Assembly (NCBI GenBank): GCA_018822885.1
Contig: JAHJJA010000149.1
Location: 771-64,770, forward strand
Direction of reading: 5' to 3'
Length of the DNA: 64,000 nucleotides
DNA from: Candidatus Omnitrophota bacterium
GTDB taxonomy: Bacteria; Omnitrophota; Gorgyraeia; Gygaellales; Profunditerraquicolaceae
Below, piece after piece: positions 45,180 through 56,594 of this stretch (the first letter of the stretch is position 1; each line of letters starts with the position of its first letter). A program made the position numbers and the translations under genes. The notes beneath the pieces are model-generated. The model ran no database searches, was not told where the DNA came from, and saw nothing but the letters and a program-made list of their open reading frames with translations.

Positions 45180-47681
45180 CTATTTAGTATTCGCCTTGAT
45201 CCAGTCGATCCTCTCCTGCGCAAACTTAGCTTCTTCGGTATTCATCTCTAAAACGCGCCGGTAAATATTCAATGCTTCCTTTAAATCACCCTTATCTTCG
45301 TAAATGCGCGCGACCCGCAAGAGCGCCTTTACCGACAATTTATTATTATCCGAATAAAGATAAGTGACTTTTAGATACTCCTCGATGGAGCGCTGCGGCT
45401 CTCCCAAAGCCTCCCAGGACTCAGCCAATTTAAGCTGGATATTAGCCATCTCTTTTGCCGGCACAATATCAAGGCTTTTCCCGTAAAACTCGGCCGCTTT
45501 CTTCGCGTCGCCTGTTTTTAGGAAAAGGTCCGCCATTTTAGGATAGATAAGATTATTAAGATTAGGATATTCATTGGATACGTTCTCGTAATTTGCAAGC
45601 GCGCTATCGGGCTTATCAAGGCTATTGTAAATATCAGCTATCACGATCGCCGCCTGTGCGGCAAGGTCAGACCTGCCTGATTCAATGACCTTTTTGAAAT
45701 TCTCCAATGCCGCGTCGTGATTAGATTCCTCTTCATAACTTGAGCCCAAGGCATAATACGCATCCGGCACAAGGTTGCTTTTAGGAAAATCCTGGATTAA
45801 AGAACCAAAATACCTGCGGGCAAGCGTAAGGTCATTATGCCGGTAATAGTATTCTCCGAGCCACCATATGATCTCCGCAGTCAGCTTAGAATCCGGGTAT
45901 TTTGAACGCAGCACCTTAAACCTGCTCATCGCCTCTTTCTCGTTGCCCAACTGGTAGAAACAGTCGGCGATCTCGTATTCTGCCTTTTGGACCAATTCCG
46001 AATCCTGCTCGTAGAAACGGATGATATTTTTAAATGCCTCGATCGCCTCATTGTATTTGCCGGTATTATATAGGCTTGTGCCTAACAAATAAAGCGCCTG
46101 GGATTTTAAATTGCTATCGTTAAATTCTGACTGAAACCTCTCAAAGACTTCCCTGCTTGCGTTATAATCCTGCTTTTGAAAATACGCCAGTCCCAGCGCG
46201 TAAGCAGCGTCATCAAGCATCTTGGACTGAGGGTAATTCTTCTTTAAAGCAAGAAAGCTCATGATCGCGCCGTCATAATTAGAAGCCTTAAGCAAAGTCA
46301 AACCAAGCTGATACTGCACATAATCGCTGTAGAAACTATCCGGATAATCCCTCAATATCGTGTCGTAAGTCTCCTCGGCCTTAAGAAAATCTCCGGAATC
46401 CTGATAGGCATCACCTATCTGGCAAAGAGCGCTCACTTTGACAATTTTATCATCGCTGGTTTTTACTATTTTTCTGAATTCCTTTATTCCCTCTTTAAAT
46501 TCCCCCTGCTTTAAATATGCCCAACTTAGACCGGAGTGCAATTTATCCATGATCTCTCCCGGGACATCCCGGTTCTCTGCTTTTTGAAGCGCCTCTTTAT
46601 AAACATCGACAGCCTCTTTATAGTCAGCCAGGTTATAAAGCGCATCAGCCCTGCCGAGGTAACACTGCATTAAAACCTGCGGGTCGGAAGTCGTCTTAAG
46701 TAGCTCGCCGTAGATCTTGCTGGCTTCATTGACCTTGTTTGTCTCCATGCACAATATAGCTTTGCCCAAATAATAAACATCAGAGCTACGCTTATCAAGA
46801 TTCGCGGTTTTAACCACTGAAAAAGCATCTTCTGCTTCTTTGAATTTCTTCAATTTAAGCAGCGACCAGGCAATACCAAGCTCTGATAAAGCCTGGATCT
46901 TCTCATCCGTTGAGCCGGAAATGACTTTCGAGTAACCCTCGATTGCATCATTAAAATTGTTTAAATAATAATCGGCTTCGGCGAGATAAAAATAAAAATA
47001 CGGCAGGCGAAAAGAATCTCCGGAGAACAGTTTAAGGTAAGACTTGGCTCTTTCTTTTAACGCCTCATAATCCTTTAAATTGTAGAGGCATTCGATGATC
47101 TTGAATGAGGCATCGCGCGTCTGCTGCTCCTTAGGAAACTTCTCTTCTACGGCTTTAAAATATTTCAAAGCCTCGCTGAAATTATTCTGCTGCAAAAAAC
47201 ACCATCCCAGAGAATAAAGGCTTGGGGCGATATAACCCGATTCAGGAAATTCCTTGATGACTTTTCCATAATACTCCTGGGCCTTATTAAAATTATTCCC
47301 CTTAAAATGCACCTCGGCGATCCAGTAATAGATACCATCTTTGATCTCTTTTATCCCGGATTTATTTAAAAGTCCCTCAAATTTATTCAAGGCGTTGAAA
47401 TACCTGCCCTGATGAAACAGGCATTCGCCGATCATCAATTCTGCTTCAGGGATACGCGGCGAATCAGGGTAATTCTTAATAAAACGCTCCAGAAGCCCAA
47501 GGCTGACTTCATAGAACCCATCACTAAAGGCCTTTTTTGCCACAAAAATAGCCTCTTCCTCTTTTGCGGGATCCTGGGCAAAACAAGGGCTCAATAAGCC
47601 CAAGCCTAAAAATATAAAAACAAGGCTCAAAACAAATAATTTCTTGTAGCGTTGTGACTTACAACTTGTGACTTTTCTCAT
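45180..47681 (-). CDS. Large exported TPR-repeat protein (CpoB/BamD-like repeats)
   Basis: Signal peptide; many A-Y-x-LG...Y-x-x-A...YP-S repeats. Confidence 0.88.
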   Translation of the reverse strand: MRKVTSCKSQRYKKLFVLSLVFIFLGLGLLSPCFAQDPAKEEEAIFVAKKAFSDGFYEVSLGLLERFIKNYPDSPRIPEAELMIGECLFHQGRYFNALNKFEGLLNKSGIKEIKDGIYYWIAEVHFKGNNFNKAQEYYGKVIKEFPESGYIAPSLYSLGWCFLQQNNFSEALKYFKAVEEKFPKEQQTRDASFKIIECLYNLKDYEALKERAKSYLKLFSGDSFRLPYFYFYLAEADYYLNNFNDAIEGYSKVISGSTDEKIQALSELGIAWSLLKLKKFKEAEDAFSVVKTANLDKRSSDVYYLGKAILCMETNKVNEASKIYGELLKTTSDPQVLMQCYLGRADALYNLADYKEAVDVYKEALQKAENRDVPGEIMDKLHSGLSWAYLKQGEFKEGIKEFRKIVKTSDDKIVKVSALCQIGDAYQDSGDFLKAEETYDTILRDYPDSFYSDYVQYQLGLTLLKASNYDGAIMSFLALKKNYPQSKMLDDAAYALGLAYFQKQDYNASREVFERFQSEFNDSNLKSQALYLLGTSLYNTGKYNEAIEAFKNIIRFYEQDSELVQKAEYEIADCFYQLGNEKEAMSRFKVLRSKYPDSKLTAEIIWWLGEYYYRHNDLTLARRYFGSLIQDFPKSNLVPDAYYALGSSYEEESNHDAALENFKKVIESGRSDLAAQAAIVIADIYNSLDKPDSALANYENVSNEYPNLNNLIYPKMADLFLKTGDAKKAAEFYGKSLDIVPAKEMANIQLKLAESWEALGEPQRSIEEYLKVTYLYSDNNKLSVKALLRVARIYEDKGDLKEALNIYRRVLEMNTEEAKFAQERIDWIKANTK

Positions 47682-47702
47682 AAGAAAGAATATAACATTT
47701 CT

Positions 47703-50492
47703 CTAACTGCTGCGCAACACTTTCTTTAAATACTGCCCCGTATAAGAACTGCCCATCTTCACTATCTCCTCCGGAGAACCGCATGCGACGATCTCTCCGC
47801 CCCTATCGCCCCCCTCCGGACCGAGGTCTATGATATAATCGCAACATTTGATCACTTCAAGGTTATGCTCAATTACTATGACAGTATTGCCTTTTTCAAC
47901 CAGCCTTTCTAAAACAGAAACGAGCTTCGCCACATCCGCAAAATGTAAACCCGTAGTCGGTTCATCCAGAATATACATGGTATTTCCTGTAGCACGCTTA
48001 CTTAACTCCGAAGAAAGCTTTACTCTCTGTGCCTCGCCTCCGGAAAGGGTTGTCGCGGCCTGCCCTAATTGAATATAGCCCAGGCCCACGTCATAAAGGT
48101 AAGTCATGGTATTTTTAATACGAGGTATATTCTCAAATAGTCCAAGCGCCTCTTCAACCGTCATTTCTAAAACATCGGCGATCGAATTTCCCTTATATTT
48201 TACCTCTAGCGTAGAGGAATTAAACCTAAGGCCTTTACAAACATCGCACTTCACATAGACATCGGCGAGAAAATGCATTTCAATCTTTTTTATACCGTCA
48301 CCGGAGCAGGCCTCGCACCGCCCGCCTTTTACATTGAATGAGAACCTTCCGGGGCGATACCCGCGCTGTTTTGACTCCGGCAGCTGACTAAAAATATCCC
48401 TGATCTGGCTAAAAACCCCTGTGTATGTCGCCGGATTTGAGCGGGGCGTCCTTCCTATGGGAGACTGATCCACTACGATGACTTTATCAACATGTTCTAT
48501 CCCTTTTATCCCCTTGAATTTTCCGGGCTTTTCCTTTGATTTATACAACTTCTGGGCAAGTGCACGATAAAGCACCTCATCTATAAGGGTTGATTTCCCT
48601 GAACCAGAAACTCCGGTAATACAAATAAATTTTCCCAAAGGAAACTTTACATCAATATTCTTTAGGTTGTGTTCAGCTGCCCCCTTTACCTCTAAAACCC
48701 TTTTTTCCTTTTGCCGCTGCCTGCTTTGTACGGGTACATTGATGCTTAGCTCCTGCCTAAGATACTTAGCAGTTAAAGAATCTTTAGATTTTAATAATTC
48801 TCCCCTGTCCCCGGCAAATACCACTTCTCCGCCATGCCTGCCTGCCCCCGGGCCTAAATCTACGATGTAATCAGCGGCCAGGATTGTCGCTTCATCATGC
48901 TCTACCACAATCAAGGTATTACCCAGATCCCTTAGAGCTTTTAAAGTGGCCAGAAGCTTGTCGTTATCCTTTTGATGCAAGCCGATGCTCGGCTCATCAA
49001 GGATATAAAGCACACCCACTAAGCCGGAACCCACCTGCGTTGCAAGGCGGATCCTCTGTGCCTCGCCTCCGGAAAGAGTGGCGCTTCTTCTGTCTAAAGT
49101 AAGATAATCCAGCCCTACATCAACGCAGAACTGCAATTTCTGGATGATCTCTTTTAATGCCTGATGCGCGATCAGCTTCTGGCGTTGGGTCAGCTCCAGC
49201 GATTTAAAGAAACGATGTGCCTCTTTGATTGATAGCTGCGTGACATCCCAGATATTCTTTGCGTTTATTTTTACGGCTAAGCTCTCCTTCTTAAGCCTGG
49301 CACCCTTGCAGACAGGGCAAGGCAAGCTCGACATAAACCTGGAGATCTCTTCTTTAAGATAATCGCTCTTTGTTTCCCGGAACAATCTCTCAAGATGCGG
49401 GATAAGCCCCTCAAAAGGTTTACTGCCGACGATCTGCTCTGTTCCGTAGAGGACAGCGCTTCTAACATCTCTACTTAACTGCTTAAAAGGAGCATCCAGA
49501 TCAAAACGTAACTTATGGGCAAGCTCCCTGATCAACCACCTGTAATATAGGATATAACCCCTGCCGCCTCTCTTCCATGCCTCGATCGCCCCTCCATTAA
49601 TAGACTTATTCTTATCAGGGATAATCAAATCGGCATCAAATTCAAGCTTAGTGCCCAAGCCATTGCATTCAGGACAGGCCCCATAAGGAGAATTAAAGGA
49701 AAAGTTGCGCGGTTCTACCTCCGAATAACTTATGCCGCACTTCGCGCAGGCATACTGCTCGCTAAAAATCAGATCTTGTGGCTTTGCAACTAAAACAATC
49801 CCCTTACCGACCTTTAACGCTGTCTCTACAGAATCAGTCAAACGCTTCTTCACTTCTGATTTGACAATAAGCCTGTCAACGACAACTTCTATGTTATGTA
49901 TCTTATATTTTGCCAATTTTATCTTTACAGGCAACTCATGAATTACACCATCGACGCGAGCGCGCACAAAACCTGATTTCTGAATCGAGCTAAATATATC
50001 CCGGTATTCTCCTTTTCTCCCCCTAACTATAGGAGCCAAAATCTGGATTTCAGTGCCTGCGGGAAGATCCATGATCCGTTCAATTATCTCTTGAGAGCTC
50101 TGCCGTTCTATAGGCTCACCACACTGATAACAATACACCTTGCCGATACGCGCAAACAAAATCCTTAAGTAATCGTAGATCTCGGTTTGCGTGGCAACTG
50201 TTGAACGGGGATTTCCCCCGGCAGTGCGCTGTTCTATTGCGATCGCAGGAGAAAGCCCCTCGATATACTCGACATCGGGTTTTTGCAGCTGCTCTAAAAA
50301 CTGGCGGGCGTAGCTCGAAAGCGAATCCAGGTACCTGCGCTGGCCTTCAGCGTAAATGGTATCAAAGGCAAGGCTAGATTTGCCTGAACCGGAAAGCCCA
50401 GTAACCACTATCAGCTTATTCCTTGGCAGCTTAAGATTAATATTCTTTAGATTATGTTCTTTTGCCCCGCGTATAATTATAAAGTCATCCAT
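47703..50492 (-). CDS. uvrA: Excinuclease ABC subunit A
   Basis: [23 protein letters not shown], two LSGGEAQR motifs, Zn fingers. Confidence 0.98.
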   Translation of the reverse strand: MDDFIIIRGAKEHNLKNINLKLPRNKLIVVTGLSGSGKSSLAFDTIYAEGQRRYLDSLSSYARQFLEQLQKPDVEYIEGLSPAIAIEQRTAGGNPRSTVATQTEIYDYLRILFARIGKVYCYQCGEPIERQSSQEIIERIMDLPAGTEIQILAPIVRGRKGEYRDIFSSIQKSGFVRARVDGVIHELPVKIKLAKYKIHNIEVVVDRLIVKSEVKKRLTDSVETALKVGKGIVLVAKPQDLIFSEQYACAKCGISYSEVEPRNFSFNSPYGACPECNGLGTKLEFDADLIIPDKNKSINGGAIEAWKRGGRGYILYYRWLIRELAHKLRFDLDAPFKQLSRDVRSAVLYGTEQIVGSKPFEGLIPHLERLFRETKSDYLKEEISRFMSSLPCPVCKGARLKKESLAVKINAKNIWDVTQLSIKEAHRFFKSLELTQRQKLIAHQALKEIIQKLQFCVDVGLDYLTLDRRSATLSGGEAQRIRLATQVGSGLVGVLYILDEPSIGLHQKDNDKLLATLKALRDLGNTLIVVEHDEATILAADYIVDLGPGAGRHGGEVVFAGDRGELLKSKDSLTAKYLRQELSINVPVQSRQRQKEKRVLEVKGAAEHNLKNIDVKFPLGKFICITGVSGSGKSTLIDEVLYRALAQKLYKSKEKPGKFKGIKGIEHVDKVIVVDQSPIGRTPRSNPATYTGVFSQIRDIFSQLPESKQRGYRPGRFSFNVKGGRCEACSGDGIKKIEMHFLADVYVKCDVCKGLRFNSSTLEVKYKGNSIADVLEMTVEEALGLFENIPRIKNTMTYLYDVGLGYIQLGQAATTLSGGEAQRVKLSSELSKRATGNTMYILDEPTTGLHFADVAKLVSVLERLVEKGNTVIVIEHNLEVIKCCDYIIDLGPEGGDRGGEIVACGSPEEIVKMGSSYTGQYLKKVLRSS

Positions 50493-50495
50493 ATT

Positions 50496-51716
50496 CTATT
50501 TTCCTCTTTTTAAAAACCATAGCAAAAATACAAAGATGCTGCCCATTATATTAGCGAACAGCCAACTTAAAGCCATTCCTTTTCCTCCGAAACTGGGCAA
50601 AAGAATAAAACCCAATATCGTTAATAGCGCGAGCACAAAACCGGCAAACAGCGCCACTCTCCCGTTCTGCTTCTTAATATTTAAAGTTGTGATATATATT
50701 TGATTGAAAACAAAGAAAAATATGGAAGAAAATAGTAAGCGCAAAGTCAGGAAAGAATGTTCTGAGAAATCTTTTTTAAATAAAAATAATATCTTATCCC
50801 CTAAGATGAAAAAGGCAAGAAAACCGAAGATGCTCAAAATGAAGCTAAAGGTTACGGCTTTCTTTAAAAGCAGAGGATGATCCTCTCCGTGAGAGGCCTT
50901 CATCAAGAAAACATTATTCACAGAACTGATGAAACTACAGTAAACAGAAAACATCATCCAAGGGATATAAAATAATCCGGCCTCTTTTTCTGAAAATAAA
51001 GAGAGTATCGCCAGGGGGGCGATCATCCCGGGTAAGCTTAATGTCAAGGCATTTAGAAAATTAACCAGGGAAAATGGTAATACCCTCTTGAGTATTGCCG
51101 GATCGAAACCCCATTTTATTTTTAAATCTTTATATTTCAGCAAAAGATAACCGGCGGATAAGACAACGGCTACAATCGCTGAAAGGCAATTGGAGGAGAA
51201 TATCCCGAAACCCCCTAAAGCAGTTAAAATAAACAAAAAAACTATCCTTAAGGTATATTGCGTTGCATTCTTCGCCAGGACTAGGCGCGTTCTTTGCAAT
51301 GAAACAAAAACGCTGTCTAAGATCTGAAAGGTCTGCATAGAAAGGACAAAAATTATAAACAATAGTGAATTCCAGGGATTATTTAAGATCCTGACCTTTG
51401 GCAGAAGGATGCCTTTCGCCGATAAAAATATCATGACAAAAATAATCAAGAGCCCCTGGGAAAACCCGAATAATGTGCCTACCAGCTTTCCCTTGTCTTT
51501 ATCAATAGGCATAAACCTGATAAAACTGGGCAACACTCCCAAAGAAGAAATAAAAATCAGGAATGAAGCCAGTGAAATCAAAACAGAACCCAAACCGACC
51601 CCCTCAACGGTATATAATCGCGCGGCAATAACCCAAAATAGCACCCCGGAAACCGCCAAAATCCCCTGAGAGAGTATAAGATCGAAAGAATGCGAAAAAA
51701 AACTTTTCTTAATCAT
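50496..51716 (-). CDS. Oligosaccharide flippase (Wzx/MATE-like)
   Basis: About 12 TM; FWVIAARLY...GVGLG; end of glycosylation cluster. Confidence 0.8.
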   Translation of the reverse strand: MIKKSFFSHSFDLILSQGILAVSGVLFWVIAARLYTVEGVGLGSVLISLASFLIFISSLGVLPSFIRFMPIDKDKGKLVGTLFGFSQGLLIIFVMIFLSAKGILLPKVRILNNPWNSLLFIIFVLSMQTFQILDSVFVSLQRTRLVLAKNATQYTLRIVFLFILTALGGFGIFSSNCLSAIVAVVLSAGYLLLKYKDLKIKWGFDPAILKRVLPFSLVNFLNALTLSLPGMIAPLAILSLFSEKEAGLFYIPWMMFSVYCSFISSVNNVFLMKASHGEDHPLLLKKAVTFSFILSIFGFLAFFILGDKILFLFKKDFSEHSFLTLRLLFSSIFFFVFNQIYITTLNIKKQNGRVALFAGFVLALLTILGFILLPSFGGKGMALSWLFANIMGSIFVFLLWFLKRGK

Positions 51717-52684
51717 CTTTTTAAACTGTATATAACGGCTCTGGCTTTCTTTAAAAATGCTAAAGGAAGAAAAGTAGCCAGATAAAAAAGGCTTATCCCA
51801 AGATTATCCGGAGTAATCCCGGCTGCCCTCTTCAGAAAAATTCTCGCCTCCGGCATCCTCCCTTGTCCGCATAACGCCCTGCCCCAATTATAATAATAAC
51901 ATGCCAAAGCAACCCGCCTATCCTTAGCGGTAGGCTGCCTTGTCCTGCCTATCAACTTTATCCCTGACATCAACGGTTCCTGTTTTTCGCGGCTCCTGGC
52001 TTTCGCGCATTCACGCGCCAGCTCTACATACTTATCCTGGCTTAACTTCTTATCAATTGAAATTGACGAAGGGTCAAACCGCCACTTATAAAAAAAACCC
52101 TCCAGGTTAGCAACATCATAGCTTTCCGCTATCCTTAAATATAAATCGTAATCCTGGGCATAACGGAATTCCTCCCTGTAACCGTGAACTTTATCAATAC
52201 ATTCCTTTCTAAACATTACCGAACCGTGGCAAAACTGATTATTCAAATATAGTTCCCTACGCAGCCTCGCCATATCAGTTTCATACCTGAAATCAACTAT
52301 CTTATTTCCGGCTTCATCAATCTGCACCACAGAACTGCCCACCAAACCGACATCCGGATGCTTATCGAGAAAACCGGCCTGTTCCCTTAGCCTGTCCGGC
52401 ATAGAAATATCATCCCCATCCATGCGCGCGATATACCTGCCCTCAGCCAGGCCCAAGCCGATATTCAAAGACTTTGTCAACCCCAGATTCTGAGGGTTAT
52501 TAATCACCCTCATCCGTGAGTCATTATAACTCTGCAGTATAGTTCCCGAATTATCCGTAGAAGCGTCATTAATAATTATCAGCTCAAAATCGCTAAAGCT
52601 CTGGTTTAAGATACTGCCTATAGCCTCATGAAGATATTTTTCTTCATTATGAATCGCCGTTAAAACCGAAACAGTTACCGGCAT
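51713..52684 (-). CDS. GT2 glycosyltransferase
   Basis: INDASTD, ARMDGDD, QDYDL; start at 52684. Confidence 0.92.
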   Translation of the reverse strand: MPVTVSVLTAIHNEEKYLHEAIGSILNQSFSDFELIIINDASTDNSGTILQSYNDSRMRVINNPQNLGLTKSLNIGLGLAEGRYIARMDGDDISMPDRLREQAGFLDKHPDVGLVGSSVVQIDEAGNKIVDFRYETDMARLRRELYLNNQFCHGSVMFRKECIDKVHGYREEFRYAQDYDLYLRIAESYDVANLEGFFYKWRFDPSSISIDKKLSQDKYVELARECAKARSREKQEPLMSGIKLIGRTRQPTAKDRRVALACYYYNWGRALCGQGRMPEARIFLKRAAGITPDNLGISLFYLATFLPLAFLKKARAVIYSLKR

Positions 52685-53463
52685 CTTAAAAAGCCTTTCA
52701 GTATAAGAGAGGCGGACGAAAATAAAAAACGCGCCCCCTCTAAAAGCCTCATCTTCTTTATGAGTACCTTCCCCCATAAAAAATAACTGCTAATTTTTCC
52801 TTTTATAAAGTTTCTCTCATTATCGCTTATGTATTCCTCGATTATTTGCAGATGCCTGTCGGCTATGCTTTCTTTAGACTTACCGCATAAGAACAGAAAA
52901 TACGGACAGGCCCTGCTATAAATTTCGAATATTCTTACGGCAGGGAAAATGCCCGCGAGTGTTCTATGCAGATCTTCTCTCGTGTACATGCAGTAATGAA
53001 ATTTATTCCATTCCAGAAAAACAGGGATCAAACTGTCTTCAGCTACTAACGGAGTAGTCCCGATTATCAGGCCTTCTTGGGAGCAAACGCGTTTTATTTC
53101 CGAAAGATAAGTTAACCCATCCGCTCTTTTAAAATGCTCAATGGCATCCAGGCTTAAGACGATATTAAACGTATCGGCGTCAAATTTCAAGCTCCTGCCA
53201 TCCATGACAAGAAACTCATAATTATCTGACTTACCGTAATCTTTCATGGCTGATTCGCACAAATCAACCCCGACGGTAAATTTAGCGACTGGCGCGATAA
53301 GATTTACAGTGCCGAATCCGGTACCGCAGCAGGAATCCAAAACAACCTTGTTTTCCGTAAACAAAGACGCTAAATAATACCTCTCCTTCAGAAGGTCAGC
53401 CCATTTAGTGGACTTCCATTCTTCGCTATCAGGATCTATCCTTCCGGAATAATTTTTGCTCAT
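52675..53463 (-). CDS. Class I SAM methyltransferase
   Basis: VLDSCCGTGFG, AIEH; start at 53463 by ATGA overlap. Confidence 0.85.
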   Translation of the reverse strand: MSKNYSGRIDPDSEEWKSTKWADLLKERYYLASLFTENKVVLDSCCGTGFGTVNLIAPVAKFTVGVDLCESAMKDYGKSDNYEFLVMDGRSLKFDADTFNIVLSLDAIEHFKRADGLTYLSEIKRVCSQEGLIIGTTPLVAEDSLIPVFLEWNKFHYCMYTREDLHRTLAGIFPAVRIFEIYSRACPYFLFLCGKSKESIADRHLQIIEEYISDNERNFIKGKISSYFLWGKVLIKKMRLLEGARFLFSSASLILKGFLRCR

Positions 53464-54584
53464 TTGCCTGGCCTTTCGATTCTTAGTATTCTTCGTAAAA
53501 ACCACCACAAAACAAATGGGGGATTATTGCAAATGCTAGGATAAATCTCGCTATCCCCGCATAATCCGTTTGGATACATACATTCGCCTCTGGCTATTTC
53601 ACCCGCGACCTTTTTGGAGAATGACTCCCAAATCGTATCAAAATCATTCTTCCTAAGATTGCCCATAATCCTATCATCCGTAAGCTTGAAATTACAGGGG
53701 TATACATCGCCATTAGGAGCTACGTGAACTATCTGGCTGCCCGCGTAACAAGGCATCAGGCGCCGATGAATTATATTATCATAGAGGCAATCATGGGTTG
53801 TTTTTGAATCCAGACCTAACAAGCCTCTTATTTTATCAAAGATTGTCTGCGGATTAGGGGGGATACTCTCAACATACTTTCGAAAAATCTCAACCATAGC
53901 AGGTTTCCAAAAAACCAAGTCCTCATCCTCGACATTAAACCGCGAATTCATAACAGTCCAGCAGATATAAGCCCTTGTTCCTTTTTCCCGCGCGAAATTG
54001 CACACCCACTCGAAATAATCGGCATTATGCCGGCAGAAAGTAAAACTGAATTCACAATGGACTATATTTTTCAGCCTTTCATAAGTTTCTACCGCTTTTT
54101 GCCAACTACCGGGCATGCCGCGAGTAAAGTCGTGAATTTCCGGAGGGCCGTTCAGGCTTATGCCTACCAAAGAAAAATTTATGCCCGGGTTATCCTTAAC
54201 GATCTTTCTAAATAAGTTCTCTTCGAGTTGCGGGTTCAATCCGTTAGTGGTTATCTGGAACCTCGCTTTCGGGAGATTCTTATGCAGTACAGAAACAATC
54301 TCCGGCAAATCAGCCCTTAGCGTCGGCTCGCCACCGCTGAAAGTGACATATTCAGTATTGCGAAAATACCTGGACCTGCTAAACCTATCGATCTCTTCTA
54401 CGGATAAGTCATTTATACCGGCTTCGGGAATCTTCCAGATCGAGCATGTAACGCATTTTGAATTACACTTCCATGTAGTAGTAAGCCTTAAACCCATAAT
54501 ATCGCTGCGGGACTTAAACATGTAAACAAGCCATCTCGAATATTTCTTCCTAAGAGTATTAAACCCGTAAGAAAGCTTACTCAT
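53460..54584 (-). CDS. Radical SAM/SPASM protein
   Basis: CNSKCVTC, SGGEP, CYAG...NGDVYPC...GNL. Confidence 0.9.
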   Translation of the reverse strand: MSKLSYGFNTLRKKYSRWLVYMFKSRSDIMGLRLTTTWKCNSKCVTCSIWKIPEAGINDLSVEEIDRFSRSRYFRNTEYVTFSGGEPTLRADLPEIVSVLHKNLPKARFQITTNGLNPQLEENLFRKIVKDNPGINFSLVGISLNGPPEIHDFTRGMPGSWQKAVETYERLKNIVHCEFSFTFCRHNADYFEWVCNFAREKGTRAYICWTVMNSRFNVEDEDLVFWKPAMVEIFRKYVESIPPNPQTIFDKIRGLLGLDSKTTHDCLYDNIIHRRLMPCYAGSQIVHVAPNGDVYPCNFKLTDDRIMGNLRKNDFDTIWESFSKKVAGEIARGECMYPNGLCGDSEIYPSICNNPPFVLWWFLRRILRIERPGK

Positions 54585-54635
54585 TCTGCCTCCTGATTAA
54601 AAGCCGGTTTATGCTGATACCAACCTCTTGCCCGA

Positions 54636-55475
54636 CTAACGCGCCTGGTTGCCCTTTAAATAAGTTTTGCCAGTCAGGGTTTTGCCGTACTTTCTTTCTA
54701 AATAAATAAATACCGGAACAGGCAAAGAGCATGCGATGAAACTTCGTAAAGTAGAAAATAAATTGGTTAAACAAAAAAACACTGCGAGGTATCTGGCTTT
54801 TACCCTGAATCTATCCCAAGCCCTCTTCCTAAGGTCCTTTATAGACATCCCTATCCGGCGCTCCATAATAGAAGTCAGGAATTCCTGCAGATTGCGGATC
54901 TTAAAGCCGCCGCGGATTGCCCTGGCCCATAATTCATAATCTTCCGCGTTGCTATATCGGCGATCGTATCCCTTCAATGTATCAAAAAGCTCTTTCTTTA
55001 TCAAAACCGCCGGATGGACGATGCCGTTTCTTTGATACAAGACTTTAGAATCGACCGCAATAGGAGTAACCCACTCAGCCACTATCCTGCTTTCCGGATC
55101 AATAACATACGCCCAGCTGCCAAGAATATAAACATCCTTATGGCTCTCCATGTATTCAAACTGCTTTTGAAAGCGGTCCGGAGTTGCGGTATCGCCAGAA
55201 TCAATCCTGGCGATGTATTTACCTTTAGCAAAACTAATACCCTTATTAAGCGCGCCGATCAATCCCAAAGAAAACTCATTATGAATAATCCTTACCCTCG
55301 CATCAAGAGCGGCGTATTCTGCCAGAAGCTTCCCGGTGTTGTCAGTAGAACCATCGTTAACAACTATAAGCTCAAAGTCAGAAAATGTTTGGGTTAATAA
55401 GCTATCGAAAGTCGCCTTGAGATATTTCTCTTCATTATGTGCCGGTAAAATTACGCTTATTAGGGGATTGCTCAC
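54636..55475 (-). CDS. GT2 glycosyltransferase
   Basis: VNDGSTD, ARIDSGD, EDYELW. Confidence 0.92.
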   Translation of the reverse strand: MSNPLISVILPAHNEEKYLKATFDSLLTQTFSDFELIVVNDGSTDNTGKLLAEYAALDARVRIIHNEFSLGLIGALNKGISFAKGKYIARIDSGDTATPDRFQKQFEYMESHKDVYILGSWAYVIDPESRIVAEWVTPIAVDSKVLYQRNGIVHPAVLIKKELFDTLKGYDRRYSNAEDYELWARAIRGGFKIRNLQEFLTSIMERRIGMSIKDLRKRAWDRFRVKARYLAVFFCLTNLFSTLRSFIACSLPVPVFIYLERKYGKTLTGKTYLKGNQAR

Positions 55476-56590
55476 TTTATTGCCTCAATATATTCCTTCT
55501 CTATAATATCCGCCTGTTTCTGCCAGGTATACTTTTCTAATACGAGCCTGTAACCATTCTCCCCCATTACGCCTGCTTTTTCCTTATTTATCAAAATAGA
55601 CTCTAAAGCCGAAGCTAAATCAGAAATATCCCTGCTCTTTACCACTATGCCTGCGTTATGACTTTTTATCTCTTCCGCGGTCCCTATGACCTCTGTAACG
55701 ATCACCGGCTTTTTGCAAGCCATTGCTTCCACAGCTACTAGCCCGAACCCCTCCTGGACTGATGAAACCGAAGGCAGGACAAAGCAATCGCAAAGATTAT
55801 AGAATCTGACCAGCTCTTCATCGCTTAAGAAACCTAAAAAGTCAACCGATCCCTCTAGACCATGCTCTTTTACAAATGCCTTATAGAAACCAAGCAGCTC
55901 CCCTTGCCCTCCCACATAAAGCTTAATCGGAATCTTTGATTTAAGCTCTTTTACAGCCGATAGAAGATATTCTAATCCTTTATAGCGGTGAAAATTATCC
56001 AGTTTTGCCATAAAGAAAACGCGGGGGGCCTCTTCTTTTTCTACAGGGATCGGCTTAAATTTCTCTAAATCCACTCCCAAAGGCAGAAAAACCACCTTTT
56101 CACTAAACTTCTTCAAAAACGGCGAGCTTTCGATATAATTTTTATTTATAATAAATATCTTTCTGGCTGTTTTCAGTAATCCGGGCAAGAAAACACGATT
56201 ATAACAACCGGCGATAAACTGGTTGATCCCCGAACCGGTGATATCATTGCAATATGTGAGGAATAGAGGCTTCTTCTTTATTCTTGATGCGATAGCGCTT
56301 ATATCCGCGCTCCAGGGATGCGGTAAATAGGTATGCAGGAGATCAAAATCCTGCTTTAATATTTCACTAAGCAATGCCGGGGTGATATTGGTATTGGCTA
56401 CTTTTGCTACATAATCGAGCCTTTTCACGTTTACCCCGGACACATTAGGGGCGCAAGCGCGCGGTTCATTAGCGCAAATGACGCTTACGGCATGCCCCCT
56501 ATTCACCAGCTCCTTGCCAAGATATAATGCTACCTGCTCTGTGCCTCCGATATAAGGATAAAAACGTACTGGCGTCTGAAGTATTTTCAT
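55472..56590 (-). CDS. GT4 glycosyltransferase
   Basis: GGTE, YKG, EGFGLVAVEAMAC. Confidence 0.93.
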   Translation of the reverse strand: MKILQTPVRFYPYIGGTEQVALYLGKELVNRGHAVSVICANEPRACAPNVSGVNVKRLDYVAKVANTNITPALLSEILKQDFDLLHTYLPHPWSADISAIASRIKKKPLFLTYCNDITGSGINQFIAGCYNRVFLPGLLKTARKIFIINKNYIESSPFLKKFSEKVVFLPLGVDLEKFKPIPVEKEEAPRVFFMAKLDNFHRYKGLEYLLSAVKELKSKIPIKLYVGGQGELLGFYKAFVKEHGLEGSVDFLGFLSDEELVRFYNLCDCFVLPSVSSVQEGFGLVAVEAMACKKPVIVTEVIGTAEEIKSHNAGIVVKSRDISDLASALESILINKEKAGVMGENGYRLVLEKYTWQKQADIIEKEYIEAIK

Positions 56591-56594
56591 TGTC

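Noticed and set aside
48025-49076. Exact 23-bp direct repeat CTCTGTGCCTCGCCTCCGGAAAG
   Set aside because: Encodes the two [11 protein letters not shown] signature motifs of UvrA.
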